From Tubiluchus corallicola (taxonomy: Eukaryota; Animalia; Priapulida), in the NCBI GenBank assembly GCA_030141605.1, contig JAQGDQ010000754.1:1-64000 (forward strand): DNA of 64,000 nucleotides, written 5' to 3'. Numbering within the stretch: position 1 is the stretch's first letter; each line of letters begins with the position of its first letter. Shown one piece after another: positions 13,464-27,895 of the stretch. The translations under genes were made by a program, and so were the position numbers. Under the pieces are notes generated by a model. The model ran no database searches. It was not told where the DNA came from and worked only from the letters and a program-made list of their open reading frames with translations.

Positions 13464-14176
13464 CGGTAAATCCTCACTTAACGACTCCCCGCTTAACAAC
13501 ACCCTGTTTAACGACGCCAATCATTTGACACCTTTTTTCACTTAACGACGCACGTTTCGCTTTAACGACAATTTTTTCACTTTGCTCAAGGCAAATTTTT
13601 ATTTGATTAACAAAATTTTTACCTAATTTGATGGATTAAAGCAGCAACTATTGCGTTAATCTGTTCTAAAAACACCATAATAATGTAAACTGTGTGATTA
13701 TTATACATGTTTTTGCTTGCAGACTGACTACTGACGCTACTACTGTATTACTTGCAGTTTGGGTATCAAGTGACCAACGAACAATTTTGCCTGCAACCTG
13801 TTGCTATAGCAACCAGACTAACTATGTAGGAAAAATTTCCCAAAGTCACCCAAGGGCTTGACTATGCAGTGTTTATTGTTCAACCGCTGACTAGACCTTA
13901 AACATTAATGAAAGAGAAACCGCTATAGCTAAGTATTGCTAAGTAAAATATACAGGTGGTTTCAGGCAAACAGGAAGACATTAATCAGTAGAAATATGAA
14001 TAAACCTCATAGAATGTTTAACTTACATCATTTAAGCAGTATTGATTCTTGCCTCTGGAACGTATCTCAATTCTTTTACATTACTTTCTATGGAAGTCTT
14101 GGTTTCATTTAACGACGTGTTGCTTAAAGTCGCATTTAGTTGAAACGCATTAGCGTCGTTAAGCGAGGACTCACTG
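13464..14176. mobile_element. Tc1/mariner (pogo-like) MITE
   Basis: Imperfect TIRs CGGTAAATCCTCACTTAACGAC / GTCGTTAAGCGAGGACTCACTG, TA flanks and repeated TTAACGAC subterminal motifs. Confidence 0.75.
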
Positions 14177-14563
14177 TAACTGATGAGCGTACATTGAAAC
14201 CTCCTTGTTCCGCCCACTTTGGGACTGCAAAAAAGTTTGCATTAATACATACGCCTGTGGAAATATAGACATTTTGTTTTGTCAAAAATATGGGTGTTAA
14301 GCGTTGCCATTCTAAAGGGGGGGGGAGAGGTTATTAAAGCGAGGTCTGACTGTATTTAATTTAAATCAAAATGGGAGTTTTCACTTGAAAGCTGCCTGAG
14401 ATTAAGTTTTGCTAGCCTGCTTTCCAAATCAGCACATTAAGCTCGGCTGTAGATAGACTTACATTAGTTAATATTCTGGAATAGTTCATAGACTGTTCTT
14501 GAAGATACTGTATGTAAGAAACATTTTTCCTTTCTGTTTTTTATATTTATAATGCCAGCTTAC

Positions 14564-14926
14564 TTTTGTTTCTCTCGGAAGGCTCGTAGAGAAAACCAGA
14601 AAACTTTTCGTCAAATTAAACTAGTTTATTAAGCGAGAATTCTACAACACAAAAGTATGAAGGAACGCGAATGATTACACTAAACGTGAAAATCTGGAAA
14701 ACTTTTAAGTGTATCTGAAAATGCAAGTATACAAGAGAATGTGTAAGTGGCGTCCGTGTGAATCTGCGTGCCCCCGTTTCAGCAGCCTGCTTCGCCTTAT
14801 ATAGGGTGCCAGGGAACATTCTAGACGTTTCTTTCTAGAACATTCCACAAGGTAAGACGATTATTCTAATGGAACATTCTACAATGTTCTATTTAATTCT
14901 AATAGATGCCAACGATCTCCACTACA
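14564..14926 (-). mobile_element. Second copy of the same LTR family, with a single TATA unit
   Basis: Aligns by eye to 29032-29863 and ends in ccactaca. Confidence 0.65.
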
Positions 14927-15189
14927 ACTTTAGAAAATAATACCAATACAAGCACTTTCTTAAATATTTAATTATTTATTTTCTGCGTGAAATACAAAGC
15001 ATCAACTTCACAAAACGTGTTAGTCGAACACATAAATCCTAGACTACTATGATCCTTAACAGTAATAAAATGCTCTAAATGAAACACTTCGCACAATGAT
15101 AAATAGTGTATTAACAAAAAAGATGATTTAAGTTATTAGGAATGCCAAGGCACACAAGAGAAGAGGCGTTTCTCTCAGATGCACCCACA

Positions 15190-15790
15190 CAGGGGCGTGT
15201 TAACCAATAAACTCACTAGGCTTTAGCTTAGGGTGCCAAAGTTTGAGGGGCACCACATTTTAGGTGCCCAATTTAAAAAAAAGTTTATTCTCCTCGGAAA
15301 ATGTGCACCCCTACGTATTCATATAAAACGAGCATTGTTTAATACACCACAGGCAGTTACAGAAACTTCTCGCTATATAAGTGCACCCATACATATTCAT
15401 ATAAAATGAACATTGTTTAATACACCACAGGCAGTTATAGCCACTTATTGCTATATAAGTGCACCCCTACATATTCATATAAAATGAGCATTGTTTAATA
15501 CACCACAGGCAGTTACAGACACTTGTCGCTATATAAGTGCCATATAACGAACAAGTACAAAGTACTACACAACAAGCAGTTGCCCAGCCTTCTTATATAT
15601 ATATATATATATATAAGCGCACTTCATATACACGTAATTAACAATGATCATGTAGAAACTAGTTCAATAGTATTACTAATACACCACAAGTAATTATTTT
15701 TTTGATTGGTACATAATCATGAATTCACAATAGACATGGGCGGGACAGATCTATCAGCCTAGGGTGTCATAAAGTCTTAATACGCCCCTG
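15190..15790. mobile_element. hAT-like MITE with an internal 78-bp x3 array
   Basis: TIRs CAGGGGCGT / ACGCCCCTG; a related solo end lies at about 40420-40484. Confidence 0.65.
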
Positions 15791-16706
15791 GCACAAAGCA
15801 CGTGTTTGGCTTTTCAAACTTTTCTGTCTACCATCATGAGAAAATACAAAACATGATCATACACCAATGTACTAAATACACCAAGACCACTTAATAATTA
15901 ACATAAATACAATAATAATCACTTTCTGTTAGACGGGTAGACTAATTATAGACATTATCTACGTGCTACAAATGAAAAGACTTGAGCAAAATAAAAACTG
16001 ATTAAGATACTGACATGGCACCGGGATTTTCAAAAATTCTAGTTTTCTACAAACTACGTCACACATCTCTCTCTAACTGCATTTAAAATCTATTTTTGTA
16101 AAATTACAAAACGAAATATTGTAACTACATATATATATAAAAATACATTGTTAGTGAGCAAACCATCATTGCAACAATTTCGTTCATAACTGTAATAAAC
16201 GAGAAGAGTTATATTTTAAATTAAATTGCTAACTTACTGCCAACAGCCACATTACATAAAAAATTATAAATATGCAAAACGTCTAATACTCCCAAAAGAG
16301 CTAACAACAAAATTATTTACAAGACTGTAATTATATAATAATTGTTTTACAGTTTTTCTCAATTAACAACGTGATAACTGCATGAAATAATAATTAACTG
16401 AGCTGGTATGCAATGTAAAGTAACAGTAATAGAAATAAATTCTGTAAAATTGAGTTCAAACAAACGTCCTGAATGAGTTGCTATGTAATGGACAATAACC
16501 ACAATAGAAATAAATTTTTGTAAAATTATGATTTGAAACAATTGGTATACATACTTTCATACTGAGCTCAGCTCAGACGTGAAATTTATAAAGTTTATTA
16601 GTTTATAAAGTACGAATTTAATACACAAACACAACAAGAAGCTGTAGCTGGAACTAGACTCTTAAGTTTTACCGAAAAACAAAGAAGAAACAGCGTCTAA
16701 ATAAAA

Positions 16707-17614
16707 CCTCTTAGTAACCAATGTATCACGCTACATCCAACACCTCTTAGTAACCAATGTATCACGCTACATCCAATACCTCTTAATAACCAATGTATCA
16801 TGCTACATCCAATACCTCTCTTAGTAACCAATGTATCACGCTACATCCACTACCTCTTAGTAACCAATGTATCATGCTACATCCAATACCTCTCTTAGTA
16901 ACCAATGTATCATGCTACATCCAATACCTCTTAGTAACCAATGTATCATGCTACATCCAATACCTCTTAGTAACCAATGTATCACGCTACATCCAATACC
17001 TCTCTTAGTAACCAATGTATCACGCTACATCCAACACATCTTAGTAACCAATGTATCACGCTACATCCAATACCTCTTAATAACCAATGTATCATGCTAC
17101 ATCCAATACCTCTCTTAGTAACCAATGTATCACGCTACATCCAATACCTCTTAATAACCAATGTATCATGCTACATCCAATACCTCTCTTAGTAACCAAT
17201 GTATCATGCTACATCCAATACCTCTTAGTAACCAATGTATCACGCTACATCCAATACCTCTCTTAGTAACCAATGTATCACGCTACATCCAATACCTCTT
17301 AGTAACCAATGTATCATGCTACATCCAATACCTCTTAGTAACCAATGTATCATGCTACATCCAATACCTCTCTTAGTAACCAATGTATCACGCTACATCC
17401 AATACCTCTTAGTAACCAATGTATCACGCTACATCCAATACCTCTTAGTAACCAATGTATCATGCTACATCCAATACCTCTTAGTAACCAATGTATCACG
17501 CTACATCCAATACCTCTTAGTAACCAATGTATCACGCTACATCCAATACCTCTTAGTAACCAATGTATCACGCTACATCCAATACCTCTTAGTAACCAAT
17601 GTATCACGCTACAT
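16707..17614. repeat. 36/38-bp tandem array x~25
   Basis: Unit cctcttagtaaccaatgtatca(c/t)gctacatccaata. Confidence 0.97.
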
Positions 17615-18295
17615 TCAACAATCGACCAAAGAACTTTGTTTGACCGCACGAGTAATAGTTATGACATGTTCTGTAACGACTGCATCAAAATGCAAAACTG
17701 CTGATGTCAACTCGAGTACGCCAGCCTACAAATTAGACGTGAATCTTTGCCGTCTCCCGGTCGGCAGGTAAACGAAATGAGCAAATAAAGTTTTCATCAG
17801 TTAAAAACTGCAAAACTGTTGTGTGAAATCGTGCGACAAATATACGCATTTCTTAGATCAAAACTGACTGTGTGGATAAATATAGGATGTTCTATGATGA
17901 GCACATTCATATAAGTAGAAGTTCTTACTATTCTTTCTATTTTTTATATTGATCAACTTTCATTACCGTGTAGTACATCTTCCACAAGGATGCTTAAATA
18001 GCATGTACAGTTCTTCCTTTGTCAAAGGAGCACCCGTGTAATAATCTAGTCTCGTTCAGAAAATTTGCTTTGAAAATGTTTTGTGTCTTTTGATCTTGAA
18101 GTCTTCTAAAAAGATTTAATCTGGTATTTTTATACAATTGTTTTGAAGTTGAAATATTACAAAAAAAGGTCAACATGTGTCATACGCTTATAATTACCTA
18201 CAATGATAAAGTCTGATTAAAGCCCTACATCACGTGCGGTTATTAAGATGCAGTAATACGTTAAGCAACGAAATTTCCTCAGCAAAACTGAAGTA

Positions 18296-18619
18296 CAGTC
18301 AACCCTCGTTAAACCGGACTAATAATGCATGGTCCAATTTAGCCGATTGTCCGATTTATCCGATATGCCTATTTATGGTCTATATTATACAGGAATAATC
18401 ACCTTAATAAGGCCTATATACATTGCACTATATACTATACTGTATATTACTTTAAAATAGTTAACCTGTGAGGATAAAGTAATTATTGTACAGTTGGTAG
18501 GCCGTGTTGTGTTTAGCGCTCCGGCTCGGACGGAAATCGGTCAGTTTCCTTTACCACGGATGACGTCCGTCTTATCCGATATCCGGGCTAACGGGGTCCG
18601 GTTTAACGAGGGTCGACTG
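18296..18619. mobile_element. Tc1/mariner-type MITE, family A copy 1
   Basis: TIR CAGTC(A/G)ACCCTCGTTAAACCGGAC with a TA target duplication; three near-identical copies. Confidence 0.9.
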
Positions 18620-19040
18620 TAACTAGTAAGTGTTTTGGAGTGAAATTTCTACTGCGAGCTTCATTAAACTTACTTACAACACTATTACAGCGAATGAAAC
18701 ATACACGGATTTCTAAGCTGCGAAAAGCTTTTAATTAAAATTCGTTCATGAAAACGTTTAGTATAACCCTAAAAAACACCATTTGTTGAGAATACGTTGA
18801 GAAAATGAGTATTGAACCATACAACAACAGGGAATTAAAACACTAGGTCTAGCAACGACAGTTTCTCATACAATACAACATACCAGCGAGTCATACCAAC
18901 ACGCACTTTTCAATCACAATTACTAAATACATTTTGTAACAAATACAGATGACTAGGTGAGCAAATTTTGCAGACATCAGGACTTTTTGTCAAATAAGTC
19001 ATGGCCTACTTATAAAAACAACTGCGCAGTCTTACTCTTA

Positions 19041-19280
19041 GGGGGCGTTTTACCCAGCGTCCGGATGCGGATACGTGTGCGTTTTCCACCTGCGGAAAAA
19101 ATCAATAGAATAGCCTGCAGGAAGAGAAAGGCGCATAACGCAGGCTGCACGAATGTGCGCATTGAAAACAATATGAACCGATTTTATCTATTGCACCGCA
19201 TTGAAAACAATATGAACCGATTTTATCTATTGCACATCTCCCAAAACGGATGCAGATGCGGATGCTGGGTAAACGCCACT
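19041..19280. mobile_element. PIF/Harbinger-type MITE
   Basis: TTA flanks; TIRs GGGGGCGTTTTACCCAGC / GCTGGGTAAACGCCACT. Confidence 0.7.
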
Positions 19281-19313
19281 TTACCCAATTATGCATAAAC
19301 AAGCATACAATAT

Positions 19314-19523
19314 GCACATTACACACATACAATACACACATTACACACATACAATAAGCACATTACACACATACAATAAGCACATTACACACATACAATA
19401 AGCACATTACACACATACAATAGGCACATTACACACATACAATAGGCACATTACACACATACAATAGGCACATTACACACATACAATAGGCACATTACAC
19501 ACATACAATAGGCACATTACACA
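19314..19523. repeat. 22-bp tandem array x~9
   Basis: Unit gcacattacacacatacaata(g/a). Confidence 0.95.
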
Positions 19524-19820
19524 AAATGGGTACTGTGCGATTTCAGTGTTGCAATCCAACTACAACACGACATTTTAATGCAGAAATTTGCATCCATCAT
19601 GAGCAAAACAAGCATGTGAAACAGGTACTGAAACAGACAGTAAAATTCGATCAATTAAAAATACTCGTATTAGAAAAATATTTTTCATGGTACACCAACG
19701 TGATTAATCAAGACAGCCTTCCACATAAGATATCAAATCACCATTGCAATCAGCCGTACAACATAAGATACTGAACCACCGTTGTAACAAGTGAGTCATT
19801 TAAAGTGAAAAGTTCCAGTT

Positions 19821-19850
19821 TCAAGCCTTTAATCCCACAGCTTTCATCAT
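19821..19850 (-). CDS. SLC25A38: SLC25A38 terminal coding exon
   Basis: tttgtttcag|ATG ATG AAA GCT GTG GGA TTA AAG GCT TGA (MMKAVGLKA*), resembling the vertebrate C-terminus MMAKMGLKS. Confidence 0.85.
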   Translation of the reverse strand: MMKAVGLKA

Positions 19851-20844
19851 CTGAAACAAATTATAACATAGTAATTATTATAACATATAATCATAATAAA
19901 CTCGTGTGTTTGCAAACCAAAACCATCCATAAGTCGGCATAGTTAAAACTGTTATTATGTTTCAACGTAGAATGTACCAAAAATTTGGTCGGATGTCAAT
20001 TTTTTGTTTTTTTAACACTAAGTATATTGGACTTTTATATTCTAACATCAAATTATCAAGAAAATGTTCAGAAAAAAATTAAATTTTATAACCTCGTACC
20101 CAGTTTTCTATCTGGAAACTAGTACTACAATTGTAAAACAAAACTTGTATTTTCAAACTCTGATAGTAGCTCACGGAAGCAGTCATTTTGCTTCGGGTTT
20201 TTTCTGTTGTGAAGCCCAGATTTTCGTCAAGAAGAGGCATCTACTGGATTTAAGCATAACATCAATATGTTCTTGCAAAGTCCGTAGCAACCAACAATTG
20301 TACGGTTGCTAAGTGTTTTGTAGAAACGCGACAAAAAACACTAGCAAACTTGGACAGCGATTTTCTCAAGATTATGTTTTTCAGTGCGCAGAATGCATCT
20401 CAACTTCAACATGAATTGTCTCAGCTTAGAAATAACATAGAGCGATGAACTTGGTATAAAAATGATCGTCATGAAATGGAGATTCAGGATCTGAGAATAA
20501 CTAGAAAAGCTTAACTGCTGACTTATGGACAATTTTGCTATGCAAGCAAACATATAGTAGTCATTAGAAATCCCCATTTAAATTCGTCAAATTAATTTAC
20601 GAATTTTTAATGTGATCGGGGGGGGGAGGGGGGGGGGGTGCTTGCAAAATTAACGTAAATAAGCATTTAAAAATGTAAAAATTTCAGAGTGTCTTAAAAC
20701 ATGCATTGTCACAATTTTCATAATTTCTAGTAATTTGCTTGAAGAAAATAAATAATACTCCATGCGACTGTTATCATCTGTTTATGCTGAACATAATAAA
20801 AATTATGTTTTGTATGAATTGGAAGCTACGCATAAAATATTTAC

Positions 20845-22282
<1,438 letters not shown>

Positions 22283-22330
22283 ATGTACCGCTAACTAAAA
22301 ATATCTATTTACTAAAAATCATTTTCATAC

Positions 22331-22497
22331 TTTGTACACGTAGACGACAGCATCCCAAATTGATGTGAATCTGTTGGGAAACAGCTGCATCTTTGTCTTG
22401 ATGACATCCGCAGGTTGGGTGATTACTGCAGCCAAACAACCCGATGTAACGCCACAGCCGAAGTGTACCACCGGCACATATTCACTTTCCATTATAT
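22331..22497 (-). CDS. SLC25A38: SLC25A38 coding exon F
   Basis: 167 bp, reading (D)IMESEYVPVVHFGCGVTSGCLAAVITQPADVIKTKMQLFPNRFTSIWDAVVYVYK; CAG / GTATG. Confidence 0.94.
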
Positions 22498-22533
22498 CTG
22501 CACATTAATAATCACTCTTACAGAAAATGAGTT

Positions 22534-22748
22534 AATAATAATAATAATAATAATCTTTATTTAAAGTCGGCTTTTGTGTCAAGAATTAACATTAGCTCAA
22601 AGAGCTATTATCGCCGACTGTAAATAACAACCTTCAACTACATAACAGAGACTATTATTACCCCACTTTTACCCTAAATACCACGCGTCAGGCAGGGCAA
22701 CAGCAGGTATAAAGCAGACGCATTACCACTAGACTAAACCGTCTGGTC
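22534..22748 (-). mobile_element. Same SINE family, copy with an internal deletion removing the B box
   Basis: Matches 26816-27085 except for a gap between cagcaggta and aaagcagacg. Confidence 0.82.
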
Positions 22749-23075
22749 AGAGTTGACGAGAAAATCTAGCTCAACTTATTGAAATCTTTAGAAAAAAGCA
22801 TGCAATTTGTCAAAAAATCGACTTTCACGTGTTCTACACAAAGAAATGTGTGACTAGTTAAGTCTTAGAAACCGAAGGCACAATATTGCTGATAAAAAAA
22901 CCGACAGAAAATGCATTGCAAACGGTTCAACAGTCATTCAAAATGGAGATGAAAAATGGTTAATCAGTAGCAGGCTGATGATTCAGTAATAATAGAACTT
23001 GATTCGCATTGTTAATGAAAACCCTAGCAACCTTAATTAACAACTTTTGCACTGATAATGTGTCTGTCACTGCTA

Positions 23076-23579
23076 CAGAGTTCCCATGATCAGGAAAAAT
23101 CCTGGAAAATCCTTGAAAATTTCCTGGAAAATCCTTGAAAATACAGACTATCCTGGAAAGTCATGGAAAAAGATAATTTGGTAAAAAAATCAGGGAAAAT
23201 GATGAAAATTGGGAGAACACCCAGGGAAATTGGAAAGGGTTGTAAAAATAATCACCGTGAGCCGATATTTTTCCAAACATATTTTTCAGCAATTCAGGTT
23301 CAAATGAAATTTTGCCATGACAGGCTCCCAGTTTCGATTTCTGTTACAAATTAATGATTGGATTAAGAAAGTTTATTTAATGTGATTAGTGTAATTTCGT
23401 TAGCACTACTGCAACTGTGCCGACATATTGTATATCAGTATATGTATGAATGTCCATACACAAAAATGTTTGAACATGTATACTGGTAATGCAATTTCTG
23501 CTTATCTTGGTCATGGAAAATCAATATTTGGTCAGGGAAAAGTCATGGAAATTTATTTTAAAATTCGGTGGGAACCCTG
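23076..23579. mobile_element. MITE-like element
   Basis: Ends CAGAGTTCCCA / TGGGAACCCTG with repeated CCTGGAAAA and CAGGGAAAA subterminal motifs. Confidence 0.6.
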
Positions 23580-23862
23580 CTACTATGATAAACGTAGCTA
23601 CATATTATTCTTCAAAACTCTGATGTTCGAAAATCTGAATCTCTTTATTTTGCAAAATCTGACTAATATCTTTTTCAGCAATGTTGTAGGGCAATCTCTT
23701 ACCTTTGTTCTTTGATATCTTCAGAAAATTAATAGCAGTGTCAACTCTATATCTTTCATCAAATAATCTTATTGAATGTTCTTTTAATTATGACAGATAC
23801 ATAAGTTTTTTTCACTTTGGTCTTTCTTCTTGTTACCATCAGTAATGTTTCCTTGTACTTAC

Positions 23863-24031
23863 CTTGAGGCACAACTTTATGAATCTGAGTGTAAAACATT
23901 AAATATAGGCCAGAGAATGGACAATCTCGCAACAACGTAGCTGTCAATCCACTATAAAGTCCAGTCAATCCTTCATACTTGTATATGTTTCTTGCTGCTC
24001 TTCTAACTGTCCTGTACTTGTACAGTTGACT
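23863..24031 (-). CDS. SLC25A38: SLC25A38 coding exon E
   Basis: 169 bp, reading SQLYKYRTVRRAARNIYKYEGLTGLYSGLTATLLRDCPFSGLYLMFYTQIHKVVPQ. Confidence 0.95.
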
Positions 24032-24078
24032 CTGAAAAAATTCGTAATCAATGCAAAATAAAGAGGCACATGCATGTA

Positions 24079-24410
24079 CAGTCGACCCTCGTTAAACCGG
24101 ACCCCATTAGCCCGGATATCGGATAAGACGGACGTCATCCGTGGTAAAGGAAACTGACCGATTTCCGTCCGAGCCGGAGCGCTAAACACAACACGGCCTA
24201 CCAACTGTACAATAATTTCTTTATCCTCACAGGTTAACTATTTTAAAGTAATATACAGTATAGTATATAGTGCGATGTATATAGGCCTTATTAAGGTGAT
24301 TATTCCTGTATAATATAGACCATATATAGGCATATCGGATAAATTGGACAATCGGCTAAACCGGACCACCCCCCACCCCCCAATTAGTCCGGTTTAACGA
24401 GGGTTGACTG
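24079..24410. mobile_element. MITE family A copy 2
   Basis: Same TIRs and TA flanks; inverted relative to copy 1. Confidence 0.9.
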
Positions 24411-24745
24411 TAATAATTAAAATAAAGAGCTAAATTATTAATTCAGACAACCATCAGTATAAATTTGCCTGTGTAACACTGAATAAGCCAGTAAGTAAAC
24501 CATCATGTGGTGTTGACACCAAACTCATACGTTCATTTTCTTAGAAAAAGTTCTTTAAACTAAGTATCATAAAATCAGCTCAAAAATTTAATAGCATAGT
24601 ATCGAGTAATATAAATCTGATTAAACTTACTTTACAGAACCATTTCGTTGTCCTAACTACCCTTCCCGGAGTACCCGAGGAAAGTTCCTTCATAGTAGCA
24701 GTTTTACAGTGTTAACATAAATGTTAACATAACCTAACACAGGTA

Positions 24746-25925
24746 CAGTAGGCGTCGTTTAACCCTTATAGGGTCATGATTTTTTACAACCGATTTTGGT
24801 AACCGTTGGGGGGGGGTAAAGAATTACCCCCACCATAATTCGTAAATTACTTTTGATAAACCGCCGTGTTTCATTAGTAAACAGCGACAGCATAATTTGT
24901 GGTTGTGCTGACCACCATAGGATACATTATACCTCTGCTTAAAGACATGTGACTTACTAGTAATACGAAATTTAAATTCACTTAGTTACGTCCCCTTATC
25001 TATGCTAGAATAACTGTAGACAACTGACATTGCTAGCGCGTGTGCAAAAATCACATTATTTTGAATTTATTGTCTACTACTTTCTTCTTTTACAGACGCT
25101 GACATTTTGTTTTATCAGATACAGCGCCCGAATAATGTATAGACAAGCGAAGTAAAGTTTCGACAATTTCAAAAAATCGACATATTGCATTTTCACTTTT
25201 ATTTCGTGGTGAGACAATGCGCCTAAAATAAACAACTGAAAGTATTTTGTGCACAAAACATATTTAGAAAAGGTCATAGAAAAGGTTTACTGGGATGCGT
25301 ATGGTAAAAGGGTAAAATGCAAAAAAACGGTCTGGGGGTAATTTACCCCTCCCCCTGGTGATCCTATAAGGGTTAATAGACTCAAGCGGTCTCCTTTTGA
25401 AGCTCTCGTTGCTAATCATATTTTCATGCTTAATCAGTTAATAGTCAAAGATGTAGGTACAGTAATCAGCCAGTATCAAACGTAACCACTTGCGAGGAAA
25501 CAAGGTCACCCCACCAACTGCAGCCCAAGCGCTAAATGTTTTACCAGAATACTTGCATCACACAGCAACAGATTTTCAACGTTATGATCATTATGAGAAC
25601 TTTGTGAACCGACTTCTTTGCGTGAAAATGAAGCAGCCGACTTTGAACGAACTTTTGTTGTTGTTTACAAAAAAACAGACTTGTGTGATTTAGAAAAGTA
25701 TACTTTTTAATTTATTGCTAATTCACTTATATAAATTAATATTTTAACAGCACAAAGGAATTTAGGCATTACTTCATTTCTAAAATTCATTAAAAAACTT
25801 AACAGTGCATACTAAGCTCATACTTCTATATCAGTAATACTACACCCATCGGTTAACTGGTTCAGTCGGGTAATTGAGTCAAAACACGTAGGTCCCAAAG
25901 TGAGTCTATTAAGCGGCGCCTGCTG
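24746..25925. mobile_element. TA-flanked MITE interrupted by a piggyBac-type MITE
   Basis: The rejoined left end CAGTAGGCGTCGTTTAATAGACTCA matches the reverse complement of the right end at 22/25 positions. Confidence 0.75.
24763..25372. mobile_element. piggyBac-type MITE
   Basis: TTAA duplication on both sides; TIR CCCTTATAGG(G/A)TCA. Confidence 0.85.
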
Positions 25926-25962
25926 TATTTACATAAATTTACAGCGTGCCAGATAAACTTAC

Positions 25963-26068
25963 CTCAAATCTAGTTTTTATCACAGTAAAAGGAAGCATCG
26001 CACAGACAGCTACGCTTCTAGCCGATGCTCCAAAAATCACAGATTCCAATGCAGATGAATTACTACTC
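25963..26068 (-). CDS. SLC25A38: SLC25A38 coding exon D
   Basis: SSNSSALESVIFGASARSVAVCAMLPFTVIKTRFE; TAG / GTAAG. Confidence 0.93.
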
Positions 26069-26815
26069 CTACAATAAAAAAAAATTAAAACAAAATAAAC
26101 CTGTAAATGCACAACACGTTCCTTTGAAAAATGGCTGACGATTTTTACAAAATGACTGCAGTGATAAAATTAAATAAAAAAAAAGAATGTACACAATAAT
26201 TCATTACTGTATGAAATTGTACAGAAATTATTGGCATACAGTTAACAGTCAAAAGTCTGAGCAGTTAAAACAGGCATAATTTAATCATTTTCATACTCAT
26301 TTTCTCAAAGAGTTATATGTACCAAATAATGAATAGATTTATGCAAATATGTACCAAATAATGAATAAATTTATGCAAACTAATTATGAGAATTAATTAG
26401 ACTATTAATTCTCAAGAAAACTAATTTTAGATTGTAAGCTATGAAATAACAATAAAATTAAATCGTAATCACACCTACATTCTAGGCTCATTTTATGCTG
26501 TACCATTTTAAATAAATAATAATTAGCATAAGGGGTTAAGTTCAGACATTATGAGATGATCCACTTATATCAAATTACTTAAATCGAACTACAATCAAAT
26601 TTCTTTATACCACCCACTTCGGAACTGCAAAAAAGTTGACATTATAACAAGGTACATTAATATATAGAAGTCTATGCAAATACAGACATTATGTTTGCCA
26701 AAAAGTTATAATGAGGTACATTAACATATAAAAGTGTATGCAAATACAGACATTATGTTTGCAAAAAACATTGGCATTAAGCGAGACACGTACTATAACG
26801 AGGATTGACTATAAT

Positions 26816-27085
26816 TATAATAATAATAATAATCTTTATTTAAAGTCAACTTTTGGGTCAACAATTAACATTAGCTCAAAGAGCTATTATCGCCGACTGT
26901 ATATAACAACCTACAACTACATAATAGAAACTATTATTACCCCACTTTTACCCTAAATACCACGCGTCAGGCAGGGCAACAGCAGGTACCATTTTTAAAG
27001 TCTTTGGCATCCCCGCCGCTGGTTCGAACTCACGACCTCCCAGACGGAAAGCAGACGCATTACCACTAGACTAAACTGTCTGGTC
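26816..27085 (-). mobile_element. Same SINE family, near full-length copy
   Basis: Reverse complement of 7232-7509. Confidence 0.85.
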
Positions 27086-27297
27086 TGTATGACTATAGTT
27101 TAACACACGTTAATCCAACCTAATGAAGCTAAAAATGTATTTTTGTGAAATGGTGTCAACAAATGAAGTCTGGGAATCATATAACAAGTTTGCAGCATCA
27201 GGAATTTATTATCCAAATTTCACAGAAAGAAAAACCTAAAGGGTAGTTCTCACGTATCACCGCACTACTGTACGTTACATTTATAATCAAGACTCAC

Positions 27298-27368
27298 CCT
27301 AATTTGCTCCGGAGTACATGTAGCGAACAAAAATATATCCCAACACCAGGCACACATCTTGAGAGGGA
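27298..27368 (-). CDS. SLC25A38: SLC25A38 coding exon C
   Basis: SLSRCVPGVGIYFCSLHVLRSKL(G); RCVPGVGIYF is the SLC25A38 motif. Confidence 0.93.
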
Positions 27369-27807
27369 CTAAAAAAAGAAGTTTGCTTCAAATACTTTGT
27401 AGACATGTTTCTCTCGACAGCTGTAAACACTTAAAACTAAAATAAGTTCAGAATTTTAATCTTTAAGAGCTTACAAACAATCCTTGAACTATGCAGATCC
27501 AATTTCAACTTTCAAAACAAGTCCCAAAGCTGGCGCTATTTTCTACAATTTAGTTTTCTGCTTATGTATAGCTAGGTAAGTCCATTTTATAAGAATCATG
27601 TCTATCTTGGTGGCTTTGAATGTTCTGTACTTGTGAGAAATTCTGTAGTTTGGGATTAAGTTTTTAATGTTTTGTGCACAAGGTGAATTTTTTTAACACA
27701 CTGTGCAAATAGTGCAATCTTCTATTATTTTTAATTGTATGTTTATTATATTATAGTAAATATTATAAACATAATTACTGGAAGCAATTTAAGCATAGAA
27801 ATCTCAC

Positions 27808-27895
27808 CGGAGTAAGTCCTCTCCACAGAGCAAAAGGCGAATCGTTTCTGACCACATTTACAAAAATTCCAAGCATCGTTGCATTTTGAGCTTGC
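27808..27895 (-). CDS. SLC25A38: SLC25A38 coding exon B
   Basis: QAQNATMLGIFVNVVRNDSPFALWRGLTP; CAG / GTGAG; phases match. Confidence 0.92.

Noticed and set aside
14180-14200. Hammerhead-like CTGATGA...GAAAC
   Set aside because: No pairing stem II lies between the motifs, and the site is at a junction of two MITEs.
16707-17614. CRISPR-like 36-bp repeats
   Set aside because: The units are head-to-tail with no unique spacers, there are no cas genes, and the context is eukaryotic; the same applies to the other arrays.
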